From the sequence record OP310984.1: a stretch of 64,000 nt of DNA; one strand, written 5' to 3'. The notes beneath the pieces are model-generated. The model worked only from the letters and a program-made list of their open reading frames with translations, had not been told where the DNA came from and did no database searches. Of the stretch, positions 18,187 to 25,324 are shown piece after piece; position 1 is the first letter of the stretch, and every line of letters begins with the position of its first letter. The position numbers and the translations under genes are program-made.

Positions 18187-18771
18187 TCATCCCCAGAATC
18201 GGGCGATGAAGTGAACACACTCCATCTTTTTAGTTTCTTCCAGGAACTTGAAATAACCATCATCCACACCATTGCTCAAAAATAGCTGGCGATAGGTTTT
18301 TTCCGAAATGACTTCACCATTAACATCTTGATCGAACATCGTTGGCTTCTGATCATAATCGAAGTTCCAGAGGTCTTCCATATTGAAGATCATTGTAAGT
18401 GGGTACCAACCATCTTCACTATAATAGGCGTACGGTGTTAGATTGTCCTGTTTGGAATTGACAATTTGTGAAAGGCGACCTTCAAAGTTGTTCCATACTG
18501 GATGCGAGTCATCACTGACGAGTGTACCAAATCCACAGCCTTTAAGAGTCGGTCGACAGAATCGGTTGGTATACTCATTATTATCGGTTAACCAATCCCA
18601 AAGATAATAGCAACGGCTAAAGTTAAGAGCCTCGCATGTATGCATGTCAATGAATTTAAGTACACGTGCACCATCTGAAGAACGTGTGGAACGTTTGGTA
18701 ACTACAGGGAAAACATCAATACCCATTTTAATCATCCATTTAACAGAATTTTTCTTGACCAGGGATTTCAC
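18187..18771 (-). CDS. hypothetical protein
   Basis: 194-aa ORF. Confidence 0.8.
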   Translation of the reverse strand: MKSLVKKNSVKWMIKMGIDVFPVVTKRSTRSSDGARVLKFIDMHTCEALNFSRCYYLWDWLTDNNEYTNRFCRPTLKGCGFGTLVSDDSHPVWNNFEGRLSQIVNSKQDNLTPYAYYSEDGWYPLTMIFNMEDLWNFDYDQKPTMFDQDVNGEVISEKTYRQLFLSNGVDDGYFKFLEETKKMECVHFIARFWG

Positions 18772-19084
18772 CGTCCATAACCTCTAGTACCCAACGGCCA
18801 GTCATCAACTCACGTGCAACATCACATGCCGCCCCGCCAATCTTCTCAGCTACTTTGTCCAGCAGAATTGGATGATAGTTGTGATCACCCATTACTGCGA
18901 ACTTGCTTTCCCGTTCTATTTCAGCAAGTAAATCAGTGTCAACCCATTCAACACGCCCATCTGGATAGACAATATTAAGACCATACCACTTACAATAGTT
19001 TTCGATGGTTACAACTGGAATGTCATAAACACCTTTAAAACACAGCGGTAACTTACGATCTGAGTAATGAATACGTTCAGTCAT
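18740..19084 (-). CDS. hypothetical protein
   Basis: 114-aa ORF; 4-bp overlap with upstream gene. Confidence 0.8.
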   Translation of the reverse strand: MTERIHYSDRKLPLCFKGVYDIPVVTIENYCKWYGLNIVYPDGRVEWVDTDLLAEIERESKFAVMGDHNYHPILLDKVAEKIGGAACDVARELMTGRWVLEVMDGEIPGQEKFC

Positions 19085-19500
19085 TTGCCATTCACCAATT
19101 CAAAATAATTTTTTAGTAGATCTTCAGTTATTGGACGAGTATGTTCTTTAATCGATAATTCCTTACTGTCCATTTCAATTTCATATTCAGAAATTTGAAA
19201 TTGCTTATGTGGCACTGAACCATCTAACATAATGATCACATCTGCTAAGACTTGATCCACTGCACATTGCAACAAATTATTAACTTGTTGATTATCAGTA
19301 AGTGAGTAATCATTGATGGCTTTATTACGAATGTCATATAGCCTTTTACTTAAAGGAGTATTACGTTCAATATGTTCTGTTCGCCACTCTTCTAAAATCT
19401 GTTCTGTACTTAGTTTGGATAATGACGATCCGCCAAGTTTCTTCCTAACTTCATTTTCTGAAAATGGTTTATCATGCCAGAATTGATGATCTTGTTTCAT
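19081..19500 (-). CDS. hypothetical protein
   Basis: 139-aa ORF; AAGGA RBS. Confidence 0.8.
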   Translation of the reverse strand: MKQDHQFWHDKPFSENEVRKKLGGSSLSKLSTEQILEEWRTEHIERNTPLSKRLYDIRNKAINDYSLTDNQQVNNLLQCAVDQVLADVIIMLDGSVPHKQFQISEYEIEMDSKELSIKEHTRPITEDLLKNYFELVNGK

Positions 19501-19512
19501 AGTAAATCCTTT

Positions 19513-19770
19513 TTATAATTTAGAAATAGGTTTTAATACCGTATCTTTTTCATTGAATGGATTATAAACTTTATGCGGATTAATCATCTTTAGTTGCTCA
19601 TTCTTTCTTTCTAAATAAGCATCTGATGGTTTAATTGTTTTAGTTTTCCAAAAGTCATCGATTGGTTTTAACTTATCCATTTCTGACTGTTCGTTATCAA
19701 AAGGAGTTTCCCGATTTCTTAGTCGGGTCGAATTGAATAGGAGTCGTAAACTCCCGTCGTAATTCCTCAT
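19513..19770 (-). CDS. hypothetical protein
   Basis: 85-aa ORF. Confidence 0.7.
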   Translation of the reverse strand: MRNYDGSLRLLFNSTRLRNRETPFDNEQSEMDKLKPIDDFWKTKTIKPSDAYLERKNEQLKMINPHKVYNPFNEKDTVLKPISKL

Positions 19771-19886
19771 CTAAATTCTTCTCTTGAATTAATTTAGGAA
19801 AATGTTTTCTAACTGTTTTAATTGAAGCTATTAAATTGGAATAGGCTTTTTCTATGGACATTTTTATAACTCAAAATACATTATAA

Positions 19887-19910
19887 AGACAGTGGCTAAA
19901 ACCACTGTCT
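19887..19910 (-). terminator. intrinsic terminator
   Basis: agacagtgg/ccactgtct 9-bp stem followed by ttta. Confidence 0.6.
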
Positions 19911-20021
19911 AATTATTTCCCATAATGATCCACCTATAACTGCACTTAGAAAAAGCATTTTGAATATGGGTGGTTCTTCTTGTTCATGTTGCATGTCTGA
20001 TTTATTATTTTCGCTAGCCAT
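19896..20021 (-). CDS. small protein with C-terminal hydrophobic segment (41 aa, MASENNKSDMQHEQEEPPIFKMLFLSAVIGGSLWEIIRQWF)
   Basis: Manual translation; below ORF-track cutoff. Confidence 0.55.
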   Translation of the reverse strand: MASENNKSDMQHEQEEPPIFKMLFLSAVIGGSLWEIIRQWF

Positions 20022-20032
20022 TTTCTTTTACT

Positions 20033-20401
20033 CTAATGCCCACCATATTCTCTAATTTTCTCACCATCCCAAAACTCATAACCAGTCATATTGTGATTAA
20101 ATGGCTTTATTTTAGTAAACCCACTACGATAGATCCAGAAATGACCAGTGCCTCTTTTTAAGCGGCACTTATACATTGCTTTTTTCTCATATTCCGTGGG
20201 AGGGCTAATTTCTAGAACTTCAAGTTCATCACCCCGTATACAGAATAGCGCTGGTGGATGCTCACAGGATGCTTTCATACCGAGAACACCTGTTGACCAA
20301 ACTGTATCACCTGGCTTAATAACAGTGATGTCATTTGATACAGGTATTACAGGAATTGCACACATATTAGATGCTCCAGAGTAATTACCTCCAAAGAGCA
20401 A
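20033..20401 (-). CDS. hypothetical protein
   Basis: 122-aa ORF; start uncertain. Confidence 0.7.
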   Translation of the reverse strand: MLFGGNYSGASNMCAIPVIPVSNDITVIKPGDTVWSTGVLGMKASCEHPPALFCIRGDELEVLEISPPTEYEKKAMYKCRLKRGTGHFWIYRSGFTKIKPFNHNMTGYEFWDGEKIREYGGH

Positions 20402-20492
20402 ACACTGATATATTCATAGTCTGCTCTTTAGTAATATTTAAGAAGTTGGAATACTCATACTGGAGATAAATTAATGTCCATTTATACTAATC

Positions 20493-21095
20493 TCATTGTG
20501 TATAATAATTCTTTTTGAGATTATCCATATCGTAAGAATCATGTTTGAACTCAAACTTCTTAGCTATCTCACTCGAAAAAGCATGTTTACGTTTTTCTTC
20601 TTGTTCACGGATATCGTAAGGACCATTCTCTTTAACAAGATATTTTTTATACGGCCCAGTTCCTTGGATATATCCATCAGGAATAATGGTTGTGAGATAT
20701 TTAGCCTCTACCAACCGGATGCACCGTCCATAACCAACTTCATTGGCATGACGAACTTGGATTAGTTGTCTATTCTTGGCAATACGTTCAGATATGCATG
20801 GGAAGTAAACCGGATCATCTCCTTTTTTACAGTTACCCATATCAACCTTTGCGTACAGAATTTTTCTATGATTGGCTTCGAAGAAAGCCCGAGCTTCACG
20901 AATACGTTGGGACCGAATAGCTTCCTTAGTTCTGACATTCTTTAGATGTGCAGGTTGTAAAAAAGGATTCATCTTTCGCACGTGACGTTGGATAAGTTTT
21001 GTCGTGTAATGAGGTGAATCATTAGCCATAGCCAGTAGGCTATTGTACATCTCAATCGACATGATTACTTGCTGCGGGTCATTATTGCGCTGCAT
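20493..21095 (-). CDS. hypothetical basic protein
   Basis: 200-aa ORF; GGAG RBS. Confidence 0.85.
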   Translation of the reverse strand: MQRNNDPQQVIMSIEMYNSLLAMANDSPHYTTKLIQRHVRKMNPFLQPAHLKNVRTKEAIRSQRIREARAFFEANHRKILYAKVDMGNCKKGDDPVYFPCISERIAKNRQLIQVRHANEVGYGRCIRLVEAKYLTTIIPDGYIQGTGPYKKYLVKENGPYDIREQEEKRKHAFSSEIAKKFEFKHDSYDMDNLKKNYYTQ

Positions 21096-21202
21096 GCTGA
21101 TCTCCGTATGTGAAATAATGCTTTACTTTAAGGTCATCAGGATTATAAATAACACGTTGGAATTCATGTTTCTTCGCTAGTTTAAAAGCAGCTTACTTTT
21201 CC

Positions 21203-22303
21203 TTAGAAACCTACACGACTTGCTTTGCGTGGGCTACTGCAAGAACTAGTATTCAATGCTTCAGCTAAAGTAAGATTATTACCGACAAACTCAACTGGAT
21301 CTAGACCATTAGCTAAACGAGCTGCATTCGCTTGTTCAGCAGTAAGTGTTTTGAAGGTAAGAATATCGAAAGCACGGCCAGGTCGAACTAAAGCTTCATC
21401 AACATCACGAAGAGTCGGAAGATTAGTAGAAATGATAATCTTGGTCTTAGTAGATACTAGACCAGCTGTAGCATTTAATAGCCCTGACATATTACTATTA
21501 CCATCTACACGTTTAGCCACCATTTTATCAGAGTCTTCTGTAATAATGAGTGAATTATCCTCAACACCACGAATAAAATTAGTCAAACCGGCGTGGCCAA
21601 GTACATCATCTTGATCAGCTAGATACACATTACGATCATTATAACCACGAGCCCGAATAATCTCATTGATATAATTAGACTTACCAGTACCAGGAGGACC
21701 AATCAATAGTAGAACATTAGATTCAGATGCAGCGAATTCAGTCCAGATTTCAGCTGGAGATCGATCTAGGAATGGATACATTTCCATCATATTTGGATTG
21801 TAGTTACGAACAGAAATAACTTCACTAAAGCTATATAGTTCATTATTTTGATAGTTAACCCGAATTCTTTTAATACTAGGTGGACGAGTCTGATCAAATA
21901 CTTCTTCAAAACGTAATTTAAATACTTTGATCAGTTCTTCATTGGAGTATAATCTAAAGTTCTGACTAGTGGTACCTTCCATTCCATTCATTAGGAAACC
22001 AATGATTCCTTCATCATCTAGTAATGCAAAACCACCACTAATTCTGAATGCTTTCAGATTTAAAGGGCTTATAACTTCATCACATAGTTTGTAAATTTGT
22101 TCTTTGATGAATTCTTTTCTATCAACTCCAAAAGGATAGTGAATACGTAGATCTTCACTATCTGAACTAATTCCCTGTTCATTAAGAGTATAGCGATATG
22201 CATTGGAAATTGCACGGCCATTATCAACCTCCATAGCAATGGAGATAAAACGATCAATCCACTTCTGCTGGACTAACGTAAGTTTGCTATTACGATAATT
22301 CAT
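21203..22303 (-). CDS. AAA+ ATPase (classical clade, BCS1-like Walker B)
   Basis: Walker A GPPGTGKS, Walker B IITEDSD, SGLLN, IIISTN, SRH DEALVRPGRAFD. Confidence 0.92.
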   Translation of the reverse strand: MNYRNSKLTLVQQKWIDRFISIAMEVDNGRAISNAYRYTLNEQGISSDSEDLRIHYPFGVDRKEFIKEQIYKLCDEVISPLNLKAFRISGGFALLDDEGIIGFLMNGMEGTTSQNFRLYSNEELIKVFKLRFEEVFDQTRPPSIKRIRVNYQNNELYSFSEVISVRNYNPNMMEMYPFLDRSPAEIWTEFAASESNVLLLIGPPGTGKSNYINEIIRARGYNDRNVYLADQDDVLGHAGLTNFIRGVEDNSLIITEDSDKMVAKRVDGNSNMSGLLNATAGLVSTKTKIIISTNLPTLRDVDEALVRPGRAFDILTFKTLTAEQANAARLANGLDPVEFVGNNLTLAEALNTSSCSSPRKASRVGF

Positions 22304-22344
22304 TTGATGTTCCTTTTCTAATTGATAATCTAATTTGAGACGAT

Positions 22345-22374
22345 ATAAACCCTCCTACTAAGAGGAGGGTTTAT
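22345..22374 (-). terminator. intrinsic terminator
   Basis: 12-bp stem ataaaccctcct/aggagggtttat. Confidence 0.75.
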
Positions 22375-22406
22375 TTTGGCTATTATAACTAATTCATTTG
22401 AGAAAA

Positions 22407-23060
22407 TTAATTATTATATTCATCCATCAATTCAGGTAGACGGCTATCTCTAGGATCTAAGATTTCAGACCAATCAATTGGCATATATGGCTCATCAGAT
22501 TCATTTTTATTTAACCATTCTTCTAGTCTCTTTACATCATCGGACCAGTATAGGTTATACATAGTTGGCACATTTGCATCTAATGCCAACTGCCACGCTG
22601 TATTAGTACCACCACTAATTACAGAGGTTGGTGTCTTTTGTTCACCGTATGCAATAATAGTTGAAACAGGTTCACGTAAAGTATGGCCATGAATTTGAAA
22701 TACATTACGAGTATGTAGTTCAATACCTGTTCTACCTAAACCATTGAAACTTCCCCGAGCTGCACAGGCCATTGCCATAGCTGTGGGAATGGTATCAGTA
22801 TATACGGAGGCATCATGAAACCACGCTAGATTCTCAATTCGTCTTCCAAGAAATCCATTTCGAATAATGTAAATACGACTTTCTACTGTATCCCATTTAT
22901 CAGACTGAATTGCACCATACCAACCAGCTCTATCTGATCCATATGCATCGCCTGATGAAATACCTATACCTAGATCAACAAATGTTCTTCCTGCGCGTAT
23001 CATCAATTCTAGGGCCCATGTAGGGGCATAGCGACTACCGACAATAGCTGTCATTGCCAT
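22407..23060 (-). CDS. standalone SLOG (Smf/DprA-like) Rossmann-fold protein
   Basis: AIVGSR, ISSGDAYGSD, LHTRN, GGTNTAWQLA motifs of the DprA/SLOG fold. Confidence 0.75.
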   Translation of the reverse strand: MAMTAIVGSRYAPTWALELMIRAGRTFVDLGIGISSGDAYGSDRAGWYGAIQSDKWDTVESRIYIIRNGFLGRRIENLAWFHDASVYTDTIPTAMAMACAARGSFNGLGRTGIELHTRNVFQIHGHTLREPVSTIIAYGEQKTPTSVISGGTNTAWQLALDANVPTMYNLYWSDDVKRLEEWLNKNESDEPYMPIDWSEILDPRDSRLPELMDEYNN

Positions 23061-23770
23061 TATCTAACCCTCATTAGAAGACGGATATCACCGTACTTAA
23101 GAACGGCATTTCGGACTTGATAAATAAAAGGTTTAAATTCTTTTCGCTGTTGATCAGCCGTGAGTGTATAAGTTACTTTGATAGGTTCATTAGGAACATT
23201 GCAGAAAGATAGATAACGCGATACTCGACGTAGATTACGTAGGTGATTCTTACCACATTTAGGCCCGACTCGTTGTAACCGACCGTCGATAACCTTCCAA
23301 TCATAATTAGCTTTAAGGTTTAGAGAATAAAAACTTTCAGTTAAATTCTTATAATACTGTAATTGTTTTTGAGAGATTTTATTAATTTTTGGTTCATCTG
23401 TTACAAGACGTGGGCTATACCGTGAATAGCAATCTGGTTCTGACATACGATCCCAGGACATATAAGTATATAGACTCATATATACTGTTTTAGTAACTGG
23501 TTTAAGCTCACTCATACCTTTTAGAATAGCTTCACCACTAATCCATGCATCACAGCGTGGATCATCATCATAACTACTCCACCATTCTGGTTTCTTTTTC
23601 AGATCATCAGGAACACCATTATGGTAAGCAAATGGTTTTACATCCCAATAATTGCGAATATCAAGTAGATATGCATAAAGATCATAATTCTGTGTTAGTT
23701 CAATATCTTCGATACCAATCCATTCATTATTTACTTTAGCTTGAGTTTCTAAATATACATAATCACCCAT
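23060..23770 (-). CDS. hypothetical protein (QNYDLYAYLLDIRN-type phage family)
   Basis: 236-aa ORF; stop overlaps next start. Confidence 0.8.
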   Translation of the reverse strand: MGDYVYLETQAKVNNEWIGIEDIELTQNYDLYAYLLDIRNYWDVKPFAYHNGVPDDLKKKPEWWSSYDDDPRCDAWISGEAILKGMSELKPVTKTVYMSLYTYMSWDRMSEPDCYSRYSPRLVTDEPKINKISQKQLQYYKNLTESFYSLNLKANYDWKVIDGRLQRVGPKCGKNHLRNLRRVSRYLSFCNVPNEPIKVTYTLTADQQRKEFKPFIYQVRNAVLKYGDIRLLMRVR

Positions 23771-23974
23771 TTTCTTTATTTCCTGTATTAGATTAATATA
23801 AATGTTTTATAACAACTATTTCAATATTGAATAACGTATTATTGGTTGTTTTAATTTACTACTCAACCTGATAATGTGTAATACGTCTATCTATATATCT
23901 CTTTTCTCTGGTGAAGAGCATTAGCATTATTCCAAGGTAGAGTCCTTATTCTATTAAACATATGAGTAAATAAT

Positions 23975-23996
23975 CCCTCCCCAATAAAGGGGAGGG
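23975..23996 (-). terminator. intrinsic terminator
   Basis: ccctcccc/ggggaggg stem followed by attattt on minus strand. Confidence 0.7.
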
Positions 23997-24012
23997 TATA
24001 TGTTATCTTAAT

Positions 24013-24414
24013 TCATGCTTTTGAAAGATCATATTTAATAGCTTCATCTTTCATAGGAGTTAATACAATAGTCACTTTTTCAAAACCATGTATATCCCTA
24101 CCATTATAAGAAATATCAATACTCTCCCAATCCTGGTTAACTACTTCAGCATGAAGAATATTTTTAATATTGATAGCATCTGTTTTATCAAACCATTTAA
24201 AAACCTTTGGGTTAAATACAAGTTCGAAAGTAGTTTGATATGGATAGCTTTTCTGTTTAACAAGCCTACTAGATGCTAGTGATGTATTCTCAATGTTTCG
24301 AATAACATCAATCATTGCTTTACGGATAGTAAGTAATTTACTTTTCAGAACCAAATCAATAAATGCTGGATCAGTTGTCATTACTTCTTTTACAGATGGA
24401 AATGTGATTTCCAT
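24013..24414 (-). CDS. hypothetical protein
   Basis: 133-aa ORF; GAGGA RBS. Confidence 0.8.
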   Translation of the reverse strand: MEITFPSVKEVMTTDPAFIDLVLKSKLLTIRKAMIDVIRNIENTSLASSRLVKQKSYPYQTTFELVFNPKVFKWFDKTDAINIKNILHAEVVNQDWESIDISYNGRDIHGFEKVTIVLTPMKDEAIKYDLSKA

Positions 24415-24430
24415 AGCATCCTCTTATAGG

Positions 24431-24607
24431 TTAATTATTAAAAGATAAATCATAATCACTTTGTCTGCGATTCGGATTAACAGGATCAGGATATTTTCCA
24501 GTTTTGATAACTTCTTTTATAGCTCTAAAATCACGTTCTAGAAAATCTAGTTTTTTAACTAACTCTTTTTCTAATTCTTTATTGAGTAGTCTTCTTAATT
24601 TGCTCAT
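24431..24607 (-). CDS. small hypothetical protein (58 aa, MSKLRRLLNKELEKELVKKLDFLERDF...)
   Basis: Manual translation; own ATG overlapping the 3' end of 24579..24974. Confidence 0.65.
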   Translation of the reverse strand: MSKLRRLLNKELEKELVKKLDFLERDFRAIKEVIKTGKYPDPVNPNRRQSDYDLSFNN

Positions 24608-24974
24608 CTACGTATACTCTTACAATGAACCAATTGATTAGGCCAAAACCTTTTGGTGTGATGGTAATGTCATCTTTATATCCATTTTTAGTGATTACAT
24701 TACGTAATACTTTAATTGCTTCAGGTGGAATAAGATTAGCATTACCGGTAACACTATACTCGAAATAATAACCTACACCTGGTAAATAACCTGATGCAAT
24801 CTGGTTAGTACCTGTGATATTACTAACGTGTTGGAAGTCACTAAAAGCATTCTTGTAGAATAACAAAATATTAGGAATTACTTCATCCCTAATAGTAGAA
24901 CTAGTAATGGCATCCGCCGATGGAAAATAAGGTACTAATTCATCTGTTACATTGGTGCTATTAATATCGGACAT
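24579..24974 (-). CDS. hypothetical early protein
   Basis: 131-aa ORF; GAGGA RBS; first gene after early promoter. Confidence 0.8.
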   Translation of the reverse strand: MSDINSTNVTDELVPYFPSADAITSSTIRDEVIPNILLFYKNAFSDFQHVSNITGTNQIASGYLPGVGYYFEYSVTGNANLIPPEAIKVLRNVITKNGYKDDITITPKGFGLINWFIVRVYVDEQIKKTTQ

Positions 24975-25020
24975 AATCTTTTCCTCATTATAAAAGGATA
25001 AATATCTTTATGGTAATCCT

Positions 25021-25050
25021 GTAATATAGATTTAAATTAATTTATAATGA
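25021..25050 (-). promoter_or_regulatory. early promoter
   Basis: TATATTAC on minus strand (25021-25028). Confidence 0.75.
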
Positions 25051-25056
25051 ATGGCA

Positions 25057-25083
25057 TAAAGGAGCCCCTGGTGGGCTCCTTTA
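25057..25083. terminator. symmetrical hairpin (bidirectional terminator or 5' boundary of the adjacent RNA)
   Basis: taaaggagccc-ctggt-gggctccttta 11-bp stem. Confidence 0.65.
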
Positions 25084-25089
25084 ATGTAA

Positions 25090-25266
25090 TAGGTCCGACC
25101 CCTATCTAGAGGTCGGTGAGTAGCAAGGCACCGTAGTTGGGGTTCGTGTCGTTCCTGACGATACTTTAGTACCCCGGTTTATTTACGACTGGATCACCCC
25201 CTTAAAGTGCAGTGCGTTTTACGCAAACTGCCTTGCTCTATATCATTGCACTGTGCGTATTTTTAT
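25090..25266 (+). ncRNA. putative structured RNA resembling the 3' end of bacterial 16S rRNA (h44 end/h45/anti-SD)
   Basis: GC-rich intergenic island; blocks 25120-25136 and 25184-25205 match the 16S 3' consensus at 15/18 and 19/22; nested stems; ends in a T-rich tract. Transcription not shown. Confidence 0.65.
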
Positions 25267-25324
25267 TCGTTAGCTAATCTTATGACTTAGAGTTATATTT
25301 ACATACCCCTTAAGGAAAAATGCA

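Noticed and set aside
61-24279. Plus-strand ORFs in the track within the minus-strand region (e.g. 61..312, 4095..4484, 4481..4735, 5127..5942, 6279..7001, 10553..10915, 21225..21614, 23545..23739)
   Set aside because: They are antisense shadows of well-supported minus-strand genes, lack RBSs and have Ser/Leu/Ile-rich antisense composition
24431-24607. Possible frameshifted continuation of 24579..24974
   Set aside because: The downstream frame has its own ATG at 24607 overlapping the upstream ORF end, so it is a separate small gene
25090-25266. True rRNA gene or host-rRNA contamination
   Set aside because: Only ~45 nt in two blocks match, with substitutions, a 46-nt structured insert and no flanking 16S or ITS sequence; it is embedded in phage-specific structure. 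A read-level check is still advised
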